The translations under genes were made by a program, and so were the position numbers. A DNA stretch of 64,000 bases from Spirochaetia bacterium (lineage in GTDB: Bacteria > Spirochaetota > Spirochaetia > SZUA-6 > Bin103), in assembly GCA_965203515.1 (NCBI GenBank), contig OZ241907.1:352001-416000 (forward strand), written 5' to 3'. Every line of letters begins with the position of its first letter. Positions within the stretch are counted from its first letter, which is position 1. This document shows, piece by piece, positions 8,540 through 20,500 of this stretch. The notes below the pieces were generated by a model. It was given only the letters and a program-made list of their open reading frames with translations, ran no database searches and was not told the origin of the DNA.

Positions 8540-11500
8540 TGCCTCATTATCGCGTAACGGCGCGCGCCGGGAGAGGCATACCCGGCGGCAGTGCCGCCGC
8601 CGCGGCGGCACTGGTCGCGCTGCTGAGCTTGGCGCCCTCGGCCGCCGCGCAATCTCCCGCGCTCTCCTTCGGCTCGGCGGCGGTGGAGAGCAAGCTCTAC
8701 GATACCGGCACCGCCATCACTCCCATCGTGCTGCCGGAAGCGACCGGCGGCGCCGGGACCCTGAGCTACACGCTCTCGCCGTCCACGCTGCCGCGCGGCC
8801 TGACCTGGACCGCCTCGACCCGCACCATCGCGGGGACGCCCACCGCGGTCACCGCCGCCACCACCTACACTTGGCAGGCGACGGACGGCGATGGAGACCG
8901 CGCCACCCTGACCTTCTCGTTGCGGGTGTGGGCACCCGCCGGGCCGGCGGTCGACGGGACCGGCGTGCGCCTGGAGACCGTGAACGGACGCACCAAGTAC
9001 AACTACTGGCCCGGCGAGGCGATCTGGTTCCTGGTCCAGTATCCTGAGAAGGTAGCGGTCACCGGGACGCCGCAGGTCACGCTGGTCGTCGGCGACCGGA
9101 AGCGCAAGGCCGATTACAGCGCCGCCGACACGGCCTGGTTGCGGTTGGCGACGAACGACGACCCCTACGACCTGCTGATCTTCACCTACACGGTGCGGGC
9201 GGACGACTTCGACGGCGACGGCGTCGCGGTCCCGGCGGACGCGCTGAGCCTGAACGGCGGGACCATCCGGGCGGTGGACGGCGGCGCCGACGCCAAGCTC
9301 AGCCTGGGAACGCACGCGGTCGCGAACGGCGACGCGACCAGCGTCCAGATGCGGGTGCGCGATACGGCGCCTGCCTTCTCGCAGTCGGCGAGCGCCGCCA
9401 ACCGGTCGTTCGCGCTCAACGCGGCGACCTCCACCACGCTGCCCCGGGCCACCGGCGACGGCGCGCTGACCTACGCCGTCAGCCCGGCGCTGCCGCGCGG
9501 CCTCTCGCTGGCGAGCGCCAGCCCGAAGATCACCGGCACGCCCCGGGTTGCGGGCGCGACCACGCACACGCTGACGGCGACGGACGCCGACGGCGACCGC
9601 ACGGCGCTCGGGCCATTCACCATCACGGTGGCGGCGGCCAGCGCGCCGAAGCCGAGCGCGCTGACGCTCAGTCCTCCGCCGGGCTTCGACGGCGACTACG
9701 CCGCCGGCGAGGTGATCCGGGCCTTCGTCTCGTTCGACAAGGGCGTCACGGTCACCGGCGCGCCGCGGCTGGCGCTCACCATCGGCGCCAACACCCGCCA
9801 GGCGTCGTACCACGCCGCCGGCAGCGACTCGGACGACCTCTCGTTCCGCTACACGGTGACCTCCTCGGACTTCGACGGCGACGGCATCAGCATCGGCGAC
9901 GCCGCGCTGACCCTGAACGGCGGCGCCATCGCCGGCACCGCCGCCGGCGCCCCAGCCGCGGCGCTGGACCTCAGCGGCTACGCCGTCGCCAACGCCGCCG
10001 GGCACACGGTGCGCGATACGCAGCCATCCTTCGGAAGCGCCTCGGTGTCCGCCCGGAACTACCCCAAGGACACCGCGGTGGACGAATCGCTGCCGGCGGC
10101 CACCGGCGGCGACGGCACCCTGCGCTACACCTTGCAGCCGGCGCTGCCGCGCGGCCTCTCCTTCGACCCGGCCGGCCGCCGCATCCACGGCACTCCTTCC
10201 GTCCGCGCCCCGCCCGCCACCTACACCTACCGGGCGACCGACGGCGACGGCGACGCGGCCGCGCTGACCTTCCTGCTGGCGGTGACCGACGTCCCGGCGG
10301 TGAGCGCGGTGCGCGTCAGCTCCAGCCCGGCGAGCGGCGACGCCTACGGCGCGCTGGAGACGATCAGCGTGGAGGTGCGGTTCGACCAGGCGGTGACGGT
10401 CACCGCGCCCAACCCCGGCCTGGCGCTCACCGTCGGCGCCCGCACCCGCAGCGCGGCCTTCGCCGGCAAGCCGAACGCGAGCACCTTGCGCTTCAGCTAC
10501 CGGGTGCAGGCATCCGACGATGACGACGACGGCATCGGCGTCGCCGCCGGCGCGCTCACGCTGAACGGCGCCGGCAAGCTGCGCGACGCGACCGGCACCC
10601 GCGACGCGGCGCTCGCGCTCGGCACCCACGCCATCGCCAACGCGGCGGGCCACCAGGTCGACACGCCGCCGAAGATCTCCGGCGTCGCCATCACCTCCCG
10701 GCCGACGAACGGCAACTACGCCGCCGGCGACGTGATCGCGGCGCGCCTCACCTTTACCGAGTCGGTGTTCGTGCGCCGCAATCCGCCGACGGTGGCGCTC
10801 ACCATCGGCGCCAACACCCGCACCGCGACGTGGCACGGCGGCCCCAGCATCGGCGGCCCGAACACCCACACCTTCGCCTATACCGTGCAGTCGTCGGACT
10901 TCGACGGCGACGGCATCAGCATCGCCGCCGGCGCGGTGACCGCCAACAGCGGCTTCCTGGCCCATAGCCGCAATGATCCGAACCGGCGCGCGCTGGTCGG
11001 CCTGGGCAGCCACGCCATCGCCAACGACGCGAACCACCGCGTGCGCGACACCGCGCCGACCTTCGCCGCCGCGGTCGCCGCGCAGCACTACGTGGCCGGC
11101 GCCGCGGCGTCGCTGACGCTGCCCGCGGCCACCGGCGACGGCGCCATTTCGTACCGACTGACCGGCGCGCTGCCGGGCGGGCTGATCTACCGCAGCGCCG
11201 ACCGCCGGATCAGCGGCACGCCGCAAGCGGCCGCCGCCGCCAGCGCGCAGACCTGGGTCGCCACCGACGCCGACGGCGACGCGACGACGCTCACCTTCAC
11301 CATCACCGTGGCCGCGGCCGGCGCGCCGAAGGTATCGGCGCTGACCTTCCTGTCGACGCCGCGGCGCGGCGCCACCTACGCCGTCGGCGAGACGATCGTG
11401 GCGGGCATCAAGTTCGACAAGAGCGTCACCATGACCGGTTCGCCGCGGCTGGCGTTGTCGATCGGTGGCGTGACGCGCTACGCGAGCCTCTTCAGCCGGC

Positions 11501-14500
11501 CGTCGCGAGTCACGCGGTGGCACCATCCGTTCACCTACACGGTGCAGAGCGTCGACCGGGACACCGACGGGATCAGCATCGGCGCCAGCGCCCTGTCGCT
11601 GAACGGCGGCAGCATCGTGCGGTCGAACGACGCGAGCGTCGCCGCCTCGCTGGCGCTCGGCAGCTTCGCGGTCGCCAACGCCGCCGGCCACAAGGTGGAC
11701 GGCGGCACCAACCAACCGCCCGCGGTGCGCTCGGTCAGCGTCGACTCCTGGCCGGTGGCGAGCGCCGGCTACGCCGCCGGCGACGTGATCCGCCTCAACG
11801 TCGGATTCTCGGAACCGCTGGTGGTGACCGGGTCCCCGCGCTTGGCGCTCGGCATCGGCACGAACACGCGCCAGGCGGCCTTCGACCGCGCCGCGCACAA
11901 GCAGCTCTACTTCCGCTACACGGTGCAGGTCTCCGACCACGACGCCGACGGCATCAGCGTCGCCGCGAACGCCCTGACGCTGCCGGACGGCGCCGCCGTG
12001 CGGGACGCCGCCGGCGCCGACGCGGCGCTCGGTCTCGGCTCCCGCGCGCTCTCCAACCTGTCGGCGCACAAGGTCAGCACCCCGCCCAAGGTCACCGGGC
12101 TGGCCATCGTCTCCAAGCCGCAGCAGGCCGGCACCTACACCCGCGGCGGCGTCATCACCGCGCGGGTGACCTTCGATCAGAGCGTCACCGTGAGCGGCAG
12201 CCCCGCGCTCGCCCTTACCATCGGCGCCGATACCCGCGCGGCGACCGCCGCGGCCGGCAGCGGCAGCGCGTACGTCGACTTCAGCTACACCGTGGCCGCG
12301 GCGGACGCGGACGCCGACGGCCTCGGCATCACCGGGGCGGCGCTGACGCTGCCGAGCGGCGCGGCCATCCGGGATGCGGACGGCGCCGGCGCCGTCCTGG
12401 ATCTCGGCAGCTACGCCGCAACCCGCTTCGCCAACGCCAAGGTGGACGGGAGCAAGACCGGCCTCTGGCCGGACTTCGGTTCCGCCACAGGACCCGACCT
12501 GTCGATCGGCAAGAACGTCACCGTGACCTACCTGCTCGACCCGGCCTGCGGCCCGGTGCCGATCGGGTGCGCCCTGGCCGCCTCGCACACCGGCGACGCG
12601 CCGCTGGCCTACACCGTCTCGCCGCCGCTGCCGAGCGGTCTGAATCTGTACCGCGGCACCGCGGTCCTGGTCGGCGCCGCAACGGTGGCATCGCCCTCCA
12701 CTAGGTACACGCTGACGGTGACGGACGCCAACGGCGACACCGACACCCTGACCTTCACCCTGGCGGTGACCGGCGACCGCCCGACCGTCCACGGCGTGAG
12801 CTTCCGGTCCAGCCCGGCCGCGGCGAGCACCTATGGCCGCGGTGAGGAGATCCGGGTGGCGGTCCGCTTCCGGCGGCAGGGCGGCGGCGCCCTGGCGGTC
12901 ACCGGATCGCCCCGCCTGGCGCTCCGGATCGGCAGCGTGACCCGGCAGGCCGCCTACTACGGCGTCAGCGGCGACGGCGTGCTGTTCCGCTACGCCGTGC
13001 AGGCGGCGGACCGCGACGCCGACGGCGTCTCCATCGCCGCCGGCGCCCTGACCCTGAACGGCGGCGCCATCCGCGACCGCGCCGGCAACGCGGCGCTGCT
13101 CGGCCTTGGCCGCCACCGCGTCGCCAACCACGCGTCGCACAAGGTGGACGGCGGCATCAGGCGCGCGCCGAGCGTGACCGGCGTGACCATCTCCACCTCG
13201 CCCGCCGCGGGCGACACCTACAGCCGCGGCGAGGCGATCGAGGTCGCGGTTCGCTTCAGCCAGGGCGTGGGCGTGACCGGCACGCCGCGCCTCGCGCTCG
13301 GCATCGGCAGCGCCGCCCGCTACGCGAACTACGACCGCGCGGGCGCTACCTCGGCGACGCAGTACTTCCGCTACGTGGTGCAGCAGGCCGACGTGGACGC
13401 CGACGGCCTCAGCATCGGGACCGGCGCCCTGACCCTGAACGGCGGCGCCATCCGCAACAACCAGGGCACCAACGCGGCGCTCGGCCTGGGCCGCCATGCC
13501 ATCAGCAACGCTGCCAACGCCAAGGTGAACGGCGCCGTCAACTCGCCGGCGATCGTGACCGGCGTGGCGATCACCTCGCGCCCGGCGAAGGGCGACACCT
13601 TCCGTCTGGGCGAGGAGATCCGGGTGCGGGTTACCTTCAGCAAGGCGGTGGTGGCGAGCCGGCGCACCTACCGGCAGGGGAACCCGGGCTGGCCGCGGCT
13701 GGCGCTCACCGTCGGCAGCCGGACGCACCGCGCCGCGCTGCGGACCAGCACCTCATGGGGCCCGCAGCCGGCCGGCACCACCCTCGCCTTCCACTACACG
13801 GTGCAGGCCGGCGACTACGACGGCGACGGCCTCGGCATCGCGGCGGCCGCGCTCGACGCCAACCTCGGCAGCATCCGGCACGGCGGCGTGGACGCCAACC
13901 TGAGCCTCGGCCGCCACGCCGTCTCCGCCGCGGCGTTCAAGGTGGACGGCCGCCGGCCGAGCGTGTCCGGGGTGAGCATCACGTCGCGGCCCGGCGCCGG
14001 CGACACCTACGCGGCGGGCGAGGTGATCCACGCGGCGATCACGTTCGACATGCCGGTCCGGGTCCCGGTCGGACCGTACCCCGGCGGCAGTCCCACGCTG
14101 GCCCTCGCAGTCGGCCGCCACACGCGGCAGATGACCTACACCGGCAGCGGCGCCAGCGCCATCGGGTTTCGCTACGCGGTGCAGGCCGGCGACCGCGACC
14201 CGGACGGGGTCAGCGTCGTCACCCGCGGCGGGCTGGACCTGAAGGGCCTGGCGATCACGGCCGCGGCGAGCGGCAACCCGGCGGTGACCGACCTCAGCGG
14301 CTTCACCGGCCACGGCGGAGCCGGCCAGAAGGTGGACGGCGCCGCACGGCCGCCGGTGGTGAGAACCCTGGTGATGAGCAGCCCGCAGCGCGGTTCCACC
14401 TTCGACCGCCACGAGGAGATCGGCATCAACGTCCGGTTCAGCCAGGACCTGACGGTGACCGGCACCCCGCAGTTGTCGCTCGTCATCGGCTCCCGGACGA

Positions 14501-17500
14501 AGACCCTGAACATGGCGCGTTCGTTCGGGTCCTACCTCCGGTTCGTATATGAGGTGCAGGCCGGCGACGCGGACGCCGACGGGGTGGTGGTGCCGGCCAA
14601 CTCGCTGGCGTTGAACGGCGGCACCATCCGCAACCGGCACGGGGTGGACGCGGCGCTGGGCCACCTGGTCTACCGGCCCCCGTTGAACGTCGACGGCGCG
14701 GCGAATCATCCGCCGGTGGCGATCCGGGCGGGGTTCGCGGGCCGCCCGATCGGGGGCGTGTACGGCAGGGGCGACATGATCGACGTGGTGGTCAACTGGG
14801 GTAAGCGCGTCACCGTGACCGGCACGCCGCAGCTCGCCCTCGACGTCGGCGCCGGGACCCGGCAGGCAGCGCTGCAAAGCGGGAATCAGCTCTACAGCCG
14901 GTTCCGCTACGTCGTCCAGGCGGGCGACCTCGACAACGACGGCATCGGCTTCGGCAGCGGCGCGCTGACCTTGAACGGCGGTTCGATCAGCGGTCCGGGC
15001 GGCACCACCGCCAACCTGACGCTGCCGGCCGCGGCGACCGACGCCAATCGGCGCGTGGACGGGCGGATCCTGCCGCAGCCGGCCTTCACCGGATCGGTGA
15101 CGGCGCGGACCTGGACCGTCGGCTCCAGCGTCAGCTACGCGCTGCCGGCCGCCACCGGCGCCCGGGGGACCATCGGCTACGCGATGCGGCAGCGGCTGCC
15201 GGACGGCCTTGAGTTCTCCGCCGCGTCGCGGACCATCACCGGCACGCCCACCACCGTGACGCCGCGCGCCACCTACACGCTGCAGGCCACCGACAGCGCG
15301 ACCGGCGCCAAGGGCACGCTGGACTTCTCCATCGAGATCACGCCGAACGCCGCCCCGGTATTCATCCCCGCCACCTTCGACGCGCAGGTCTACGTCAAGG
15401 ACGCACCGATCGCCCCGGTCGCGCTGCCGGCCGCCACCGGCGGCAACACGCCGCTGAGCTACGCGCTGACCGGGCCGGGCGCCACGACCACCCTGACCCT
15501 GCCCGACGGCATCTCCTGGACCCGGCCCTCCGGCACGAACACCGGCGGCACCCTCTCCGGCACGCCGACCGCGGTGGCCGCCCAGGCGACCTACACGCTG
15601 ACCGCCACCGACGCGGACGACGACGCGGCCACGCTCACCTTCACCCTGGAGGTGCAGGACGACGCAACGCCTGCCTTCGGCACCGCCACCATCGCCAACC
15701 AGTCGTGGAAGCGGTACCGGGCGATCACCGCGTTCACGCTGCCGGCCGCTACCGGCGGCAACGGCAGCCTGTCCTACGCGCTCTCCCCGGACCTGCCGAC
15801 CGGCGTGACCTATGACACCGCCCACCGGGTCAGCGGCACGCCGAGCGTGGCCCTGGCGGCGACCTCCTACACCTGGACCGCCACCGACGCCGACGGCGAC
15901 ACCGCGGCGCTGACGTTCACCATCACGGTGGCGGACAACAGCCTGCCGGCATTCCAGGTCCTCGCCCCGAAGGACCGCGTGTATACGCGGTACAAGCAGG
16001 CGGGCGGCACGCTGCCGCCGGCGATCGGCGGCGACGCCCCGTTGACCTACACGTTGTCGCGCGCCCTGCCGGCCGGCATGGCGCGCAGCGCCAGTCCGGG
16101 CAGGACCCCCGGCGGACCACCGGTCGACACCGCCAACCGCAGCTACGCCGGCGCGCCCACCGCGGCCATGTCCAAGACCTCGTACGCCTGGACGGTTACC
16201 GACGCCGACGGCGACCAGGCGGTGTGGGACTTCACCCTCACGGTATTGGACAACGGCGCGCCCGACTTCGGCGCCGCGGCGGTGGCGGACCAGTCGTGGA
16301 TCCGGCGCCGGACGATCACGGCGTTCACGTTGCCGGCGGCCACCGGCGGCGACGGGAGCGTGTCCTATGCCCTCTCGCCCGCCCTGCCGGCCGGGGTGGC
16401 GAAGGACGCCGGCCACCGGGTGAGCGGCGCTCCGGACGCGGCGCTGGCGCGAACCGAATATACCTGGACGGCCACCGACGGAGACGGGGATCAGGACTCG
16501 CTGACCTTCTACGTGACCGTGGCGGATCGGCCGGCGGCGGCGCTGGTGCTGACGCCGGCGACCATCGACGAGAGCGGGACCGGCAATGCGACGACGGTGA
16601 CCGCGACGCTGGACAAGGCGGCGAGCGCGGCGACCACGGTGACGGTCTCGGCGGCGGCGGGAACCAACGCCGAGGCGGGCGACTTCACGTTGAGCACGGC
16701 GAAGACGCTGACCATCGCGGCGGGCGCGACCACCAGCACCGGGACGGTGACGATCACGGCGGTGGACAATGCGGACGCGGAGCCGGACAAGTCGGTCACC
16801 GTGTCGGGGAGCGTGGACAACGACGACGTGGCCGCCCCGGCCGCGGTGACGTTGACGATCGCCGACGACGACCGCCCGTCCACGCCGACGCTGTACGTCG
16901 ATTCGCCCAAGGTCGCCGAGGGCGGGCCGGGCGATCCCTCGCAGTCGAACTCGCTGACCTGGACGGTGACGCTGGCGCCGGCGAGCGACCAGGAGGTGAG
17001 GGTCTCGATCGCGCTCGACCAGGAGGCCGGCACGGCGACGGCGGGGACCTACCAGCGCGCCGCGGAGGGAGCGGACCACGGATTTCCGTCCACGCCGCAA
17101 CTGGTGTTCCCGCCCGGGGAGACCAGCCGGAAGATAAAGGTGTCGGTGCACGGCGACTCGACGGCGGAGCCGGACGAGACGGTGGTGCTGGCGCTGAGCG
17201 GCCCGGTCAACGCGGCGCTGGACGCCACCTCCGCGACCGGCACGATCCTCGACGACGATACGCCTGCGGTGACGCTGGCGGTGGCGGACTCGTCGATCGC
17301 CGAGGCCGGAGGTACGACGACGGTGACGGCGACGCTGAGCCAGGCGTCGGGCGCGGCGACCACGGTAACGGTGACGGCGGTGACGGGCGCCTACACCGTG
17401 GGGTCAGACGCGACGATCGAGATCGCGGCGGGAGAGACGGCGAACGCAGCGGACACGGCGACGATCACGGCGGTGAACGACGACGTGGACAACGTGGGCG

Positions 17501-20500
17501 ACCGGTCGGTGACGGTGACGGGGACGGCGCAGAACAGCCACGGCGTGGGGACGGTGACCGGCGCGGCGCTGACGCTGACCGACGACGAGGCGACGCCGAC
17601 GGCGACGCTGGCGCTGAGCGCTGAGACGATCGACGAGCACGACGGGTCGGTCGCTGGGTCGGCGACGGTGACGGCGAGTCTGAACCGAGCGTCGAGCGAG
17701 GCGGTGACGCTGACGGTGGCCGCGGCGGCGGGGACGAACGCGGCGGCGGGCGACTTCAGCTTGTCGGACACCACGACGTTGACGGTCGCGGCCGGAGCGA
17801 CCGGCAGCACCGGCACGGTGACGGTGACGGCGGTCGATGACACGACGGACGCACCGGACAAGGAAGTGACGGTGACGGCGGCGGTGAGCGGGGACAGCGG
17901 AATAGCGGCCCCCGCGAGCGTGACGCTGACGATCGAGGACGACGAAGCGGCGCCTGGGGTGACGCTGGCGGTGGCGGACTCGTCGATCGCGGAGGACGGC
18001 GGGACGACGACGGTGACCGCCACGCTGAGCCACGCATCAAGCGAGGCGACCACGATCACGGTGACGGCGGTGGACGGGTCGTACACGGTCGGCGATGACG
18101 TGACGATCACGATCGCAGCGGGAGAGACGGCGAACGCGGCGGCCACGGTGACGATCACGGCGGTGAACGACGACGTGGACAACGTGGGCAACCGCACGGC
18201 GACAGTGAGCGGGACCGCGCAGAACGGCCAAGGCGTAGGGACGGTGACCGGAGCGAGCCTCACCCTCACCGATGACGAAGCGACGCCGACCGCGACGCTG
18301 GTGCTGAGCGCTGAGACGATCGACGAGCACGACGGGACGAATCCGGGGAAGGCGACGGTGACGGCGACATTGAACCGGGCGTCGAGCGAGGCGGTGACGC
18401 TGACGGTGTCTGCGGCGGCGGGGACGAACGCGGCGGCGGGCGACTTCAGCCTGTCGAGCGCGAAGACGCTGAGCATCGCCGCCGGAGCGACCAGCAGCAC
18501 CGGAACGGTGACGGTGACGGCGGTCGATGACACGACGGACGCGCCGGACAAGGAAGTGACGGTGACGGCGGCGGTGAGCGGGGACAGCGGAATAGCGGCC
18601 CCCGCGAGCGTGACGCTGACGATCGAGGACGACGAAGCTGCGCCTGGGGTGACGCTGGCGGTGACCGACTCGTCGATCGCGGAGGACGGCGGTACGACGA
18701 CGGTGACGGCGACGCTGAGCCACGCGTCGAGCGAGGCGACCACGATGACGGTGACGGCGGTGGACGGGTCGTACACGGTCGGCGAGGACGCGACGATCGA
18801 GATCGCAGCGGGAGAGACGGCGAACGCGCCGGACACGGTGACGATCACGGCGGTGGACGACGACGTGGACAACGTGGGCGACCGGTCGGTGACGGTGACC
18901 GGAACGGCGCAGAACGGCCAGGGCGTGGGGACGGTGACGGGAGCGGCGCTGACGCTGACCGACGACGAGGCGACGCCGACGGCGACGCTGGCGCTGAGCG
19001 CTGAGACGATCGACGAGCACGACGGGACGAATCCGGGGCAGGCGACGGTGACGGCGAGTCTGGACCGGGCGTCGAGCGAGGCGGTGACGCTGACGGTGGC
19101 CGCAGCGGCGGGAACGAACACAGTGGCTGGCGATTTCAGCCTGTCGAGCACTAAGACACTGAGCATCGCCGCCGGAGCGACGACGAGCACCGGAACGGTG
19201 ACGGTGACGGCGGTCGATGACACGACGGACGCGCCGGACAAGGAAGTGACGGTAACGGCGGCGGTGAGCGGCGACAGCGGCGTAGCCGCTCCGGCGGCGA
19301 AGACGCTGACGATCGAAGACGACGAGGTGGCACCGGGCGTGACGCTGGCGGTCGCCGACAGCGCCATCGCCGAGAACGGCGGCACCACCACGGTGACCGC
19401 CACGCTCAGCCACGCGTCAAGCGCAGCGACGACGATCACCGTGCAGCCGGTGACGGGCGCCTACACGGTGGGCGATGACGCGACGATCGAGATCGGGGCG
19501 GGAGAGACGGCGAACGCGGCGGACACGGTGACGATCACGGCGGTGGACGACGACGTGGACAACGTGGGCGACCGGTCGGTGACGGTGAGTGGGACGGCGC
19601 AGAACAGCCAGGGCGCCGGGACGGTGACCGGAGCGGCGCTGACGCTGACCGACGACGAAGCGACGCCGACGGCGACGCTAGTGTTGAGTGCTGAGACGAT
19701 CGACGAGCACGACGGGTCGGTCGCTGGGTCGGCGACGGTGACGGCGAGTCTGGACCGAGCGTCGAGCGAGGCGGTGACGCTGACGGTGGCTGCGGCGGCG
19801 GGAACGAACGCGGCGGCGGGCGACTTCAGCCTGTCGAGCGCGAAGACGCTGAGCATCGCCGCCGGAGCGACCAGCAGCACCGGCACGGTGACGGTGACCG
19901 CAGTCGATGACACGACGGACGCGCCGGACAAGGAAGTGACGGTAACGGCGGCGGTGAGCGGGGACAGCGGGATAGCGGCGCCGGCGAGCGTGACGCTGAC
20001 GATCGAGGACGACGAGGCGGCGCCTGGGGTGACGCTGGCGGTGGCGGACTCGTCGATCGCCGAGGCCGGAGGTACGACGACGGTGACGGCGACGCTGAGC
20101 CACGCGTCGAGCGCGGCGACGACGATCACCGTGCAGCCGGTGACGGGTGCCTACACGGTCGGGTCGGACGCGACGATAGAGATCGCGTCGGGAGAGACGG
20201 CGAACGCGGCGGACACGGTGACGATCACGGCGGTGGACGACGACGTGGACAACGTGGGCGACCAGTCGGTGACGGTGAGCGGGACGGCGCAGAACGGCCA
20301 GGGCGCCGGTACGGTGACCGGCGCGGCGCTGACGCTGACCGACGACGAAGCGACGCCGACGGCGACGCTGGCGCTGAGCGCTGAGACGATCGACGAGCAC
20401 GACGGGTCGGTCGCTGGGTCGGCAATGGTGACGGCGAGTCTGGACCGGGCGTCGAGCGAGGCGGTGACGCTGACGGTGGCTGCGGCGGCGGGAACGAACG

